From NCBI RefSeq assembly GCF_018977255.1, contig NW_024704742.1, positions 127,102,001-127,166,000 of the forward strand: a DNA stretch of 64,000 nucleotides. Reading direction: 5' to 3'. A program made the position numbers and the translations under genes. The notes under the pieces are model-generated. The model saw nothing but the letters and a program-made list of their open reading frames with translations. It made no database searches and had not been told where the DNA came from. The stretch comes from Callorhinchus milii (lineage: Eukaryota). Shown in pieces: positions 1 to 12,179 of this stretch; position 1 is the stretch's first letter, and each line of letters starts with the position of its first letter.

Positions 1-357
1 ACCTGCATCTCTTGCCTGCCACAGAGATTTGGAGGAACAAAGGGGTTAAATTCTTCAAGGCAGCTGCAATTCCTTTTGCAAAATCTTGAGCAGCAACTGG
101 CAAACAGAATTCGAGTACACGTACTTCAATCCAGCTATACAAAGTATAAATATATTGTAAACTATAAATACATTGGAGAAAACATTTCTTTATCCATTTT
201 TTTAACCAGTTCAGATAATCAGCACTAGGCAATTTTATAGATCATTGGGTCAACAAAATATTTCTAAACGAGAAATCTTTATCTGTAAGCTTATGGAGAG
301 CTTTATTTATGTCTTGCCTATGAACAGATTGGCTTGTTTTGAATGAAGGAAACAGCT

Positions 358-1648
358 ACAATAACAACAACAACTTGCACTTATATAACACCCTCCACGC
401 AGGGTAGCATCTCAGAGCGCTTAATAGTAGCGGAGCCTGATTCCGAACTGGGGGGAGTGGGGAGGTGACCGTAAGCACAGTCGAACAGGAAGGTTTTCAG
501 GCGGGACTTGAAAGAGGGGAGAGAAGGGGGCAAGGCGGAGGGATTGAGGGAGAGTGTTCCAGAGTTTTGGGGCATAGTGGCTGAAAACACGACCTCCAAT
601 GGTGGGGTGGAGGGTGCGAGGGATGAGCAGGAGGCCGGTGCCAGTCGAGCAGAGGCACCGGGTGGTGGTGGATTGGGGAGTAAGGAGGTCGGAGAGGTAG
701 GGAGGTACCAGAAAGTGAAGGGATTTGAACATGAGAATAAGTATCTTGAAGTCAATCCTTTTGGTGATGGGGAGCCAGTGGAGCCTGGCCAGAACTGTGG
801 GTACGGAGTTTGGTCCGGGTCAGTATGCGGGCGGAAGAGTTTTGAATGAGCTGAATCTTGTGAATGATGGAGCTGGGGAGACCGGCGAGAAGTGCGTTGG
901 AGTAATCCAGGCGGGAGGTGACGAACGCATGCATGAGGGTTTTGGCTGCTTTTGGGGTAAGGTACGGTTGGAGACAGGCAATGTGGTGGAGATGGAAGCA
1001 GGCGGTCCTGGTCAGGGACCAGATGTGGGGGAGGAAGGGCAGTTGGGGGTCGAACCAGACGCCTAGTTTGCGCACTGGTTCGGTGAGTTTGAAGGAGACC
1101 CCAGGGAGGTTGAAGAGTTTAGCTCCGCAGGAGTGAAGACGTTGACAGGAGCCGAGGAGTATGGCCTCCGTCTTGTCCATATTCAGCTGCAGGAAGTTTA
1201 CGCTCATCCAGGCCTTGATGTCTGCCAGACAAGCTGATAGAACATTGGTGGACCTGGAGTTGGTACTGGAGGAGAAAAAGTAGATTTGTGTGTCATTCGC
1301 ATACATGGGGAAGTTTACCCCATGTCTGCGGATGACATTGTCCAGTGAGAGCATATAGATGAGAAAAAGAAGGGGGCAAAGGATGAAGCCTTGTGGTACC
1401 CCGCAGGTGACCGGGTGGGGGTGGAAGGAGAAACCATTTGCTGAGATGAAATGGAGGCGGCAGTTGGTTAAGTACAACAACAACAAAATTACATTTATAC
1501 AACGCCTTTGAAGTCGGGAGGACGTCCCAAAGAGCTGACTCAAACTCAAGTAGGACTCAAACTATGTGAGTGTGGTCCCACTAAGGTCGATGAGGGAAGA
1601 GAGCCAATGGAGGAGGATGGTGTGATCCCATCCTCTGTGAAGTGGTAA
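358..1648 (-). mobile_element. L2-clade LINE, 5'-truncated (RT C-terminal half and 3' tail), interrupted at ~1470-1560
   Basis: ORFs 752..1549 (GVPQGFILCPLLFLIYM, MYANDTQIY, NFLQLNMDKTE, AFVTSRLDYSNALL) and 421..732 (PPYLSDLL...APKLWNTLP); (GTT)n-type tail at the left end. Confidence 0.9.
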
Positions 1649-1659
1649 GGTGGCAGAAC

Positions 1660-2322
1660 AGGAAGATAAAGCTGTAAAAAGGACATATGGGATACTAGGC
1701 TTTATAAATAGAGGTATAGAGTACAAGAGTCAGGAGGTTATGATTAACCTGTATAAAACACTGGTTAGGCCTCAGGTAGAATACTGCGCCCAGTTCTGGG
1801 CACCACACTATAGGAAGGATGTTAAGGCATTGGAAAGGATGCAGAGGAGATTTACGAGGATGGTACCAGGAATGAGGGACCTTGATTATGAGGAAAGGCT
1901 AGAGAGGTTAGGATTATTCTCATTGGAGCAGAGAAGGTTACGAGGAGACCTAATAGAGGTCTTCAAAATCATGAGGGGATATGATAGGTTAGAAAAGGAA
2001 AAACTGTTTCCACTGATGGGTGTGTCTGTGACTCGAGGTCACAGATTCAAAATAGTATCTAAAAGAAGCAGAGGGGAGGTGAGAAGAAATTTTTTCACGC
2101 AGCGAGTTGTTCGAATCTGGAACACATTGCCTGAAAGGGTGTTCGAGGCCGATTCGATAACTACTTTTAAAAATGCGGTGGATGGGTATTTGAGGAGGAC
2201 GGGTTTGCAGGGTTATGGGGAAAGGGCTGGGGAGTGGGATTGACATTACATTGCTCTTTTCAAAGAGCCGGCCCAAGCTCGATGGGCCAAATGGCCTCTT
2301 TTTGTGCTGTATGATTCTATGA
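1660..2322 (+). mobile_element. CR1-clade LINE 3' fragment (young)
   Basis: ORF 1650..2243 [21 protein letters not shown]...[24 protein letters not shown]...FFTQRVVRIWNTLP; ends in the CR1 terminal motif ATTCTATG. Confidence 0.95.
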
Positions 2323-2503
2323 AGTGAACAACTGTGAAGTGCCAGCATTTAATGCAAAGGAAGATTGATCTTTCTAAAATTAAGGATATTAGGTGTGGTA
2401 CTGTTTTTGTAGTGAACTATTAATTAACTTTTAATGTCTTATTCTCGATGTCCTACAATGTATTCTTAAAGGTTAAATAATGTGTTTTTTTTCTTTTCTA
2501 TAG

Positions 2504-2813
2504 ACGATTTCATTCACTGTGTGTATATAAAAAAGTCTTCAAATGTGTGGAGTGTTGCGAATTCGCCTGTAAGCATTGCTGCCCTAATACATAAAATTGC
2601 TTAGAGCAAATTGTCACAATTCTCAAACTAATTTAATTACATTTGCAGAGTATGAAGTGACGTCTGTAATACTCCAATCTCTGGCTCCTTGTGTTGCACC
2701 CAGTTTGATGCTGATGAAATCCAGTGAGAAACTAATAAGCTGTGTTACAGCAACAGGGCTGCCTGTGATCAAAAGGAAAATGCTGTTGCCCTTATCAATG
2801 ACCATTTTGAGAG
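2504..2813 (+). other. Candidate upstream non-coding exon
   Basis: Strong acceptor tttttttttcttttctatag|2504; possible donors GAG|GTGAGA (2813) or GAG|GTAATG (2856); unique sequence between repeats. Confidence 0.25.
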
Positions 2814-3304
2814 GTGAGAAATAAACCGTAGATATTTTCTGATGGGCCAGATGGAGGTAATGCTGAATTGAAATTAGTTTTATGAATTTACATCAACAAA
2901 GGTATTCTTATCTTTGGGCTTATGCAGGACAGAGTAGAGCATTTGCATTTTGTTCAGCAAAACAACAGAATTCGCTGATATTTGGCTGCCTATATTTTGT
3001 TTTGAAAAAGGAGGGCGTAAAGTTAATTCTTGCTCATGTATTCAAATAGCCTCCAGTACCCCACCTACCTTTGTGATCTCCTTGGCCCTTATCCTTCACC
3101 CACTCCCTCTACTTTGCCAGCGCCAGCCTACTTCATGACACCCATCCTGCCATCAGTGAATGAATTTTCAGACATTTTTTCCCTGCTCTCCAGAACTGTC
3201 CTGAAATTCCTCTGCCTTGCTCCCTTCCTCTCTGCTTTCAAATCCCATTTTAAAAAATGTACAGTGTCTCCCTTCGCTGCTACCATTGTCACGTGCTTTA
3301 CAGT

Positions 3305-4072
3305 GGTGGTAGGCTGGCTCGGTTGGTAGCATTCTCAACTCCGGGGGTTGTGAGTTCAAGCCCTGTGTCAGGGCTTTCAGTTCATGGTCACTCTATCTTG
3401 ATGTATCACTGCTACAACAACAACAACTTACATTTATAAAGCGCCCTTCACATGGGCTAGTGTTCCGGAGTGCTTGACAGTGGCGGAGTCTGACCCCGAG
3501 CCAGGGGGAGAAGGAGGGGTCAGAAAGAAAAGTCTTTAGGCGGAATTTGAAAGTGGGTAGGAAGAGGGCAAGGTGAAGGGATTGAGGGAGAGAGTTCCAG
3601 AATTTTGGGGCGCAGCCACCGAAGATGGAGCAGAGGGCATGAGGGACAAACGTGAGGCCGGAGCCAGCCGAACGGAGGTAGCAGGTGATCGAGTGGGGAG
3701 TAAGCAGATCGGAAAGATAGGGAGGTGCTAGGGCATAAAGGGATTTGAACACGAGTGAGAGGATCTTGAAATCGGGAGGAATGTTACATTGCCAGATGTG
3801 CCTTCTTTAGGATGAAATGTTAAATCAAGGTCCTGTTTGCCTGGTCAGATGGATGTAGAAGATCCCATGAGACTATTCAATAATTAATGGAAGTTAATTC
3901 TGGAATCCTGGCTAACAGTCCTCAAATAAATTGTTCATTCACCCTCTACCTGTTTTGGGGATATTGTAGTGTGCAAATTAGCAGCTGTGTTTGTCTCAAA
4001 TTGAAACTTTACAGGGAACTTTGTGAAGCATTATGAATCATTCTCAGTGATTTATCAAATGCAAGGATTATA
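3305..4072 (+). mobile_element. Old Deu-domain SINE (SacSINE1-like) interrupted by a minus-strand L2 3' fragment at ~3412-3775
   Basis: tRNA-like head ggctcggttggtagca...gttcaagccc; Deu-like body ggatgaaatgttaaatcaaggtcctgtttgcc...gatggatgtagaagatcccatg; L2 ORF 3393..3752 on the minus strand. Confidence 0.7.
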
Positions 4073-4099
4073 ATTGAGTATAGTGACATTTTCTGTAGG

Positions 4100-4335
4100 T
4101 AAATTACAGCAACAATTTTGTGCAGTGAGATTCCACAACCATCAATAAGGAAGGGTGAATGACAAATTAACTGGGGGAATGTGTTGATCACGACACCAGG
4201 AGTATTTTCCTTTACTTTTAATATAGTGTCATTCCATCGTTCACAACCATCTGAATACAAGTACATGGTTCAATATTTTTCCAAGGACGATATCCGCATT
4301 CAATTAAGAGCTCTCCAGTATTGTACCGAGTAACA
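4100..4335 (-). mobile_element. Degenerate Deu-domain SINE, inverted relative to its neighbour
   Basis: Reverse complement resembles the Deu body (cagatggttgtgaacgat...actatat; ctcctggtgtcgtg...; gttgtggaatctcactgcacaaaattgttgctg). Confidence 0.5.
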
Positions 4336-4635
4336 CTGTAGATGGATGATCGGTTCAAAAGCCACAAAAATGCAATAGCTCACTTGCAATAAATCAATAG
4401 AGTAGATATAACCCCAGCTCCAGTTTCTATTGCTGCTTCTCCATTGTTCTTATCATCTGAGTCGTAGATTAATCTGCAATGGTCTTCCCTCCTGTGTTGC
4501 TCACTTGATTGTTTGAGTGAGAAGTGATTTCTACGCATTCATATAGTACTTTGAGAACGTTGCGTTCTGTGGTTGGTGCAAGAAGTTAATGAGTTAGTCG
4601 GGATCATTCAGAAGATTGATTATGATTCTTATAAT

Positions 4636-5176
4636 TCCTATAGCTTAGTGGTTAGAGCATTCTCCTCGCAAGCAAGAGGATCTGGGTCCGATTCCCGGTA
4701 GGTCGAAACATCGGGTAAGATTCTTTACTCCACACAACTCTGTTTACCTAGCAATAAGTAGGCACCTGGTTGTTAGTTGATTGGTGAATCGCTTTTCCAG
4801 GATAATAATTCCTTCAAACAATAATAATAATTTAATCACTCAATCCACAACAGTTTTGGGGAAGCTGCAGTGTTTTGCTCACAAAATACACAGAAGGCAC
4901 AAGGGACAAATGGGAGGCTGGAGCTAGCCGAGCAGAGGCAGCAGGTGGTAGAGTGGGGGGTAAGCAGATCGGATAGGTAGGGAGGTGCGAGGGTATGAAG
5001 GGATTTGAAAACGAGTGAGAGGATCTTGAAATCAGGAGGAGTGTTACATATGTGACAAGGGTAGCAACCAAGGGAGATACTGTACAATTTTTAAAATACA
5101 CAGTGTATTTTGTGAAGCACTTTGAGATGTCTCAAACACATGATAAAGTGCTATATCAAATTCAAGGATTATTATT
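4636..5176 (+). mobile_element. tRNA-derived SINE (long variant) with a ~200 nt internal insert at 4894-5092
   Basis: A-box tagcttagtggttagagca, B-box-like gtccgattccc, family body and tail tatcaaattcaaggattattatt. Confidence 0.85.
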
Positions 5177-5622
5177 TTAATTTCAGTTTGGTCATTTAAA
5201 ATCCAGGCTGGGTGCTTGCTCAATCTAAATTGACAACCCAGTACCTGCACTTTTGCACATTCTCTCTGGGTTGGTTCATGAAAAATTCCTTCCTGACATT
5301 CAGTGCATCCAGGAGGTAGTAAATGTACACAACAGTGTCCGATACATAAAGCAAATATCCTCATTTAGTGGCAGTAAAATCAGTATGTTGAGCTATCACT
5401 TTATATAATCAACAGGAAACTATATAGAATTGAAATTATTTTAAAAGCTTAATTTCTGCAGCAAATTGAAATGAATCTGAGGATTCAGTGGACAATCAGA
5501 TCAGTTTTTTAAAAAAAATCCTTACTCTGCTTACACAGTCTCTACTGTTGTGTCATGTTCGCTCATGACACTGAATTGCTGCATAAAGCTACCGTATCTG
5601 CGTATTCTCTGTACTCTCTATG

Positions 5623-6048
5623 TGGAGTCCTGTTGCTCAAAGGGCTCAGAGACGCTATCCTGCGTGGAGGGTACTATATAAGGGCAAGTTGTTGTTGGAG
5701 CATTTATCTCGCAAACAAGAGACCTGGGTTTGATTCCAGGCAGAACGTTGGGCAAGTTTCCTTACTCTGCATGGCTCTGTTTACCTAGCAGTAAGTAGGA
5801 ACCCGGTTGTTCATTCATTGGTGGATCGCTTTTCCGGATGTAATAATTCCTTTCAAAAAAAAGTTTAAAAAATAATAATAAATTGATCACTTCAATCCAC
5901 GACTGTTTGTGGGACACTGCTATGTCCAACTGGCTGCTGCATTTTGCCCACAAAATATAGTCAGCTCACTTCAGTATGTTCAGTGAAGCGCTTTGAGACA
6001 TCTTGAAAACATGACATGGTGCTATATTGAATGCAAGGATTATTATTA
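5623..6048 (+). mobile_element. tRNA-derived SINE (long variant) with an L2 tail (~5641-5696) inserted in its head
   Basis: gagtcctgttgctca | L2-type tail ending gcaagttgttgtt | gagca...; remainder follows the family consensus to tgcaaggattattatt. Confidence 0.8.
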
Positions 6049-7213
6049 TGCATAAGTATTGATGATCTGAATTTTCTTGACTTTCTATACTATTTTAACA
6101 ATCTCTTAATTTCAATTAAATGGATCATGACCTGGTACTTGTCTTGCAGTGACGTCATGACACCAGGACTTGTACAGTATTTTCTGTATAATATACAGTA
6201 TTTTAAAGAGAGGAAGGATCCCGTAAATCAATGGAAACTAGGCAAGCTGGAGTACGTACTCTTTGCATTCCTGTTATTGAGTTACAATACATCCTTCAAG
6301 TTAGTTTCTGCGTTTGCTTCCATGATAACACAGAGTTCATATCTGATTAACCTGAAGTGCTTTGAGATGCTGCTTTTATGTGAAAGGTGATATATAAATA
6401 AAAGTTGCAAGATACAACAGTATGATGTGGATTTGCGTCTGCAATTGCTGATGCTTCATTTTTTCTGGTCTCTTGCGGCTGGATGGCTGTAATCCCACGA
6501 AATGGGAAGATTTGGCTGCAGTCTCCCAGATACCTTTGACTGCTTGGACCGGAACATTAATGGAGGTCTTAAAACGTCTTCTCCATTGTGGATGCACGAA
6601 GACATGCAAAGGAGAAAATAAAAATAGCAAAAATAGAATGCCCCACTTCAGGTCTTTGAGTTTGTCGTCTATCCTGGCACTGAATGTTGATACTCTCTTG
6701 ACTGTGGTTGATCCATGTGCGAAAATTAGCTGCCACGTTCACCTACAGTGACTACACTTAAACTTTGTAAAGTGCTTTGGTATGTTCTTATATTAGACAC
6801 TATCAAGTGCAAGAATTGTTCCTGTAACATAACACAATGACACTACAAACATATTACACAGCTAATATCACCTTGTAGAGGTCTGCCGGAGGACTGTTTG
6901 CATTCCCTACCTTTCTCTCCTCCTCTCCCTGTGCTCGAAGAATTGATATGTTTAGCACTTAACAAGAAATGGTGTAACTTGCATCAATGTAATTGGTATA
7001 TTTGAAATGATATAGCCTGTGTAATATGATTCACTTTGCAGGCCTGCTAGTGTTGATTATGTTTCCATCTTGGTCCAATCTTTATATTTATACTTGATGA
7101 TAGATTTCTGGTGTTCATTTGTTTTCTGAGCAGGAAGATTTTTTTTTTTGGTTTGATAGAAAACAATTTATTTCATCAAACCAATTTTTTGTCTGTGTTC
7201 CAGCTGTCTGACA

Positions 7214-7420
7214 CAATAATAATAATCCTTGCATTTGATATAGCGCCTTATGGCATCGTTGAGACATCTCAAAGCACTTCACAGAATGTACTGTAAAGTG
7301 ATTTTTGGAGGGATTATTACCCCTGAAAAGTGATCCGCCAATTGTTTAACAACCCGGTTTCTACTTACTGTGAGGTGAATAGAGGCGTGTGGAGTGAGGA
7401 AACGTGCCTAAGGTTTCACC
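7214..7420 (-). mobile_element. Partial tRNA-derived SINE
   Basis: aataataatccttgcatttgatatagcgcc tail plus body aacaacccggtttctacttactg...gtgtggagtgaggaaac. Confidence 0.75.
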
Positions 7421-7559
7421 CCGCTCATCACCATACAAGCTCATCACCATGCTTCAGAATATCCACGCTACTTAGAATGGAACAGAAATGTACTTTTTCT
7501 GTGAGGCTGAACAGATCTTTGGATCTTCCAAACATATTTAAGAGCACCTGAGCACTTGC

Positions 7560-7900
7560 CTCTACCTTTCATTGGCACTTTCTCAACGTTTTTAACAACT
7601 ATCCTCTCCGCTCACTTAAAACCCAAACCTGGTCGCTTGTGCGCAGATGGCAGAAATCCGGCCTCATGATTCACCATCCCATGCCTCCGCTCGACTGTCA
7701 CTGGCCTCCTACTTGTCTCTCGCACCCCCCGTTCCACCATTGGAGGTCGCGCTTTCAGCCACTACGTGTGGAACACTCCCTCAATCGCTCCGCCTTGCAT
7801 CCTCTCCCCTTTTTGAAGTCCCGCCTGAAAACCTTACTTTTTGACCGTGCTTACGGTCACCACCCCCACCCCTGGCTCAGAATCAGGCTCCGCCACTGTT
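7560..7900 (+). mobile_element. L2 LINE 3' fragment
   Basis: ccaccattggaggtcgcgctttcagcc...aagtcccgcctgaaaaccttactttttgac (KSRLKTLLFDRAY), same end as the 358-1648 element. Confidence 0.75.
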
Positions 7901-8308
7901 AAGGGTGGTGGTGTTGTTTGGTGATGGAACTGGAGTGAGGACAAATGATTCAGAAAATGTTACCTTGGTAATGCCTGGGAAAATGTAGGCTAGCTGTTTA
8001 GGTGCAAGCACATTGCTTGGTGACATTCACCCATTTCATGTAGGGCAATTGGATTAATGAATCTGATAATTATCATATCGAGAACTGACAGTCCAGAGAC
8101 ACATCTGACTTTTTGACTTTATAGAGGTCTGAGTAGGTCAGTTTTGTCCAGTAAATTGAGCCTTATTGAGCAAAGAACGGTGTCTTTGCTGTTCAGGAGT
8201 TCAAGGTGGGATTTCGCCTTGTGTTTAACCTGCCAACTGGGTTACATTATTTCATCGTTAGGCAAATGCTAATTTTGGATGATAATTCCTCAGACCAGAA
8301 GTCTTGAG

Positions 8309-8543
8309 AATATAGAAGTTGCTGGGAACATTCAGCATGTCAGGCAGCATCTATGGAGACAGGAAAGTGAGTTAACGTTTCAGGTTGATGACCTTTCATC
8401 ACCTTTCTGATGAAAGGTCATCGACCTGAAAGGTTAATTCACTTTCCTCTCTCCACAGAATGCTACCTGACCTGCTCTGCTGAGTGTTCCCAGTGATTTA
8501 TGTTTTTATTTCAGATTTCCAGCATCTGCAGTATTTTGCTTTT
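8309..8543. mobile_element. Palindromic Penelope-like-derived element (inverted terminal-repeat pair)
   Basis: Arms ~8320-8400 and ~8408-8495 are reverse complements centred near 8404; contains CTGATGA-hairpin-GAAA. Same family at 40363-40497 and 44925-45145. Confidence 0.7.
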
Positions 8544-8791
8544 TGTAGCCTTGAGAATATAACCTCTTCTGTCAACATTTCCAGCTGGCTACGGTTTCTG
8601 CTTGTCTCACCGTTGATTATATCTAATTACCCAACCAAGGAGCTTGAGCTTGATCCTTGAAAAGTTCTTGATACTCTTAGATGAGAAAGGAGAGCGGCTT
8701 CTTGGCACTTAGGTAATGTGTTCCGTAGTTCGCAGACCAATGCATTGTCTGCATTAATTCAGTCATCTATTCTCCTTCTTAGATTGGATTT

Positions 8792-10580
8792 AACAACAAC
8801 AAAATTACATTTGTATAGCGCCTTTCACATTGGGAGGATATTCCAAGGCGCTGGCCAGTCTTGGACCTGAGCTAGGGGTCGGGATTGGGGAGGGTGGAGG
8901 GGGGAAGCAGGGTGATCGAAAGCACGTTCGAAGAGGAGGGTCTTGAGATTCATCTTGAAGGTGATAACGGAGGGGTCGAGGCGGAGGGACTGTGGGATGT
9001 AGTTCCACAGGTGCAGGCAGAAGGCAGAAATCTATCATCAAGGCAGGGGACATGAAGCAGGCCAGAGCCTGCTGAGCGGAGGTGGCAGGATGGGAGGGGG
9101 TTAGGAGGTTGCCAAGGTAGAGGCGAGCAAGGCCATGGAGGGCTTTGAACGTGGGGACCAGGATCTTGAACTTTGTCCTCTGTGTGATGGGAAGCCAGCG
9201 GAGTCGGCCAAGGATTGGGGTGATAGGGTCACAGAGCCTGGTGCGGGAGAGGATACGGGTTGAAATGTTCTATATCATCTGCAGCCTAAGGAGGGTGGAG
9301 TTCGGGAGGCTGACAAGCAAGGAGTTTGCATAATGAAGCCTTGATGTAATGAAGGCGTATATGAGGGTTTCGGTGGCCTGCGGTGAGACAGTAGTGTCGG
9401 GCGATGATGCGGAAGTGGGGTAGGTAGAGTGGGTCATGGTACGGATGTGGGTTAAAAGGAAAGTTGAGGGTCAAGCAAGATGCCAAGGTTCTGGACTGCC
9501 TTAGCAAGGTGCCGTGTGCATCCATGGATGGTGATGCTGTCAGCGCCTGAGATGTGGATACGCTGACAGGAGCCAATCAGGAGAGCCTCCATCTTGTTAA
9601 TGTTCAATTGAAGAAAGTTTGCTCTCTTCCAGGACTTGATGTCTGACAGACATTCTGTCAGGACAACATTGGTCCTGGAGTCGAGGGTGGAGGCAGAGAG
9701 ATAGGGTTGGGTGTCATGCATACATGTGCAAGTTGACCCCATGTCTGTCGATGAAGTCAACAAGAGGGAGCACATAGATACTGAAACGGAGGGGACCAAG
9801 GACAGAGCCCTGAGAAATGCCGCACGAAACGCCGTGGGGGCTCGAGGAGAAACCATTTGTGGAGAAACCATTTATGATGTCTGTAAGTAGAGGGGCAAGG
9901 AGGTGGAGCTGGGAGGTAAGGTGAAGGGTAGGGATGGGTTTGAGGGAACAGGTGGTTGGTTTCATGCGGATTATAGTGATGGTGAAAGAGGAGTGAGAGA
10001 CAGACTCAAAGGTGTGGAGGGAGGGATGAGTAGGGACCGGGGTGTGAGGGGGAGATGGGGAGGGTGTAGTAGACGGGAGGGTGTAGTAGATGGAAGGGCA
10101 GAGGCAGCTGAGCAGATCCCCTCGACTTTGGATTCGAGGAAGTCCAGCATCGCCTCACAGTCGGCATTGGAGGTGAGGATGAGCGAGGCGTGAGAGGGTG
10201 GGCGTAGGAGCTGCTTGTTGATGGAAAAGAGGTACCTGGAATTGTCCTTGGCCTCCAAGATTGTCTTGGAGTAAATCGACAATTTAGCGGAGGCGAGGGT
10301 GGAGTGCTAAGATTTGATAAGGCCCAGCCCGATCTGCTGATGGACTGTTAAGTTTGATTTAAGCCAGGTGCGTTCAGCAGCGCACACCTGTGCAATAAGG
10401 GAGTCGAGGTGGCTGGTACACCATGGTGACTTTCGTGTGTAGTGAGGGGAGGAAGGGAATTGAGAGTGGTAGAGAGAGAGCTGTGGAGAAGAGGAGGATA
10501 GGTCATTGCGGGAGGAAGTCCAGAGGGGGAAGAGTTCAGATGACTCCAAGGCAATCGAATGGGAGGGGGGGAGATTTTTA
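8792..10580 (-). mobile_element. L2-clade LINE with internal deletions (same family as 54293-56522)
   Basis: Minus ORFs give KSPWCTSHL...[55 protein letters not shown]; (GTT)n tail at 8792. Confidence 0.9.
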
Positions 10581-11840
10581 ACAAGTCTGGTTCGAAAAAG
10601 AGACAAACAACATTGAAGTGTCAAATACCAGTTCTCTTGTCAAAGGAACTTGCTGTTTAATACTAGTTATCTTTTATTTTTTATTTATTATCATTTAATT
10701 TTTAAAATAATATATTGTATTCACCCACAAAATATACAATCAATCCACTTACAGTATATTCTGAAAAGTGCTCTGAGACGTCTTAACAGGGTGATAAGGC
10801 ACTATATCAAATACAAGTTTTATTAATTTTTATTATTGTAGATGGAAGTATCTTTAGCAGAAAGAGCAACACCAGTTTTGATGACCTGCACCAAATTTAG
10901 AATTGATTTAGAATTGATTGCATGTTTTTACCAATCAGGTAGTTTGTGTTTTCTTCCTTGACATTAAGCACTTCTAGAGTCTGATACTCCTTGGGGGCCA
11001 ATTTGACAATTTATAGGCTAAACAGAAGTCAACTGAAGGGGTACTAATCTGTTTTCACTTAGGTTGATAATCCTGGGTTAATTTATTTATTATGGAGCAC
11101 TGTTCTGATTAAAAATGCTAAGTAGCACAGTTTTGTTTACATAATTGGAATATTTCTATCTCATTGTAATTATTTACTTCAGGTATATTTTTTATTATTG
11201 TGAAAAACTGCATTACTTTTAAACTGGTAACCAAACTCGCAACTGTGATGTGCATTTAATGAAATTACAGCACATAAAAAAAAAACCTTACATTTGGTAT
11301 GGCGCCTTTCATGTCACGAGGAAGTCTTGAAGGATATACTGTAAAATACATTGACTGTGTTGTGGGTGAACACAGCAGACAATTTTTACACAACAATTTT
11401 CTACAAACAGCTAAGTGAATGACCAATTTTATTTGGGGAATTGTTGGCCAGGGCACAGAGAGAAACTGTATACAATTGCTAAAGTTGAGAAGTCATTCAG
11501 TCAATTTGGTTTAATTAATATTAAACTAAATTGACTAAATTAAAGAACTTTCCAAAATTGTGCACCAAATTTATACTTTAAGACCAGGAGCTGAAGATCA
11601 TGGAGAATTTCAGACTTCACATTTTCAACTCTGCATTTGTTTTTCTAACTGGGACAAGAGTTCAAGATAACAAGTAATAAGCAATGAGTTTTGTTGGCAA
11701 GAGAATACATGTCTGAAGCTTCACTGTTGATAGTATTTTGGAGCTATGGACTTGTACATCTCATTGAGGTACAGCTGCAGCAACTCAGCTATACCTCAAT
11801 AGGTATAGTCAAAGGGGAAATTCTTGATCCATTCTGCAGT

Positions 11841-11844
11841 AATA

Positions 11845-11887
<43 letters not shown>

Positions 11888-12178
11888 CCTTGCATTTGAT
11901 ATAACGCTTTTCACGTCAGGAGGACGTCCCAAAGCGCTGCACAGAACACACTGTAAAGTGAATTGACTGTATATTTGTGGGCGAACGCGGCAGCCAATTG
12001 CGCACAGCAATGTCCCACAAACAGTCATAGATTGAAAATGACCAATTTATTATTGATTTTGGTTTTGGAGGGATTATTATTAGCCGTGTGGAGTAAGGAA
12101 ACTTGCCCAAGGTCTGGAATTGAACTCAGATCTCTCACTTGCAAAGCGAGTGCTCTAACCACTGAGCTACAGGACTCC
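11841..12178 (-). mobile_element. tRNA-derived SINE (short variant) with an expanded (ATT)n tail
   Basis: Reverse complement starts ggagtcctgtagctcagtggttagagcactcgctttgcaagtgagag; (AAT)n run at 11841-11887. Confidence 0.9.
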
Positions 12179-12179
12179 A

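Noticed and set aside
752..1549. Functional reverse transcriptase
   Set aside because: Catalytic motif reads YAND, the N-terminal RT motifs are missing, and the element has frameshifts and an insertion.
1650..2243. 197-aa ORF as a host or domesticated gene
   Set aside because: It is the C-terminus of CR1 ORF2, 5'-truncated, with a near-identical dispersed copy and a CR1 3' end.
11691..12028. Poly-isoleucine ORFs on both strands
   Set aside because: Translation artefacts of the (AAT)n SINE tail.
12110..12178. tRNA-Ala genes at SINE heads (also 20860-20931, 34075-34149, 42820-42886)
   Set aside because: No complete acceptor stem, and each runs into a common SINE body and tail, so they are SINE heads.
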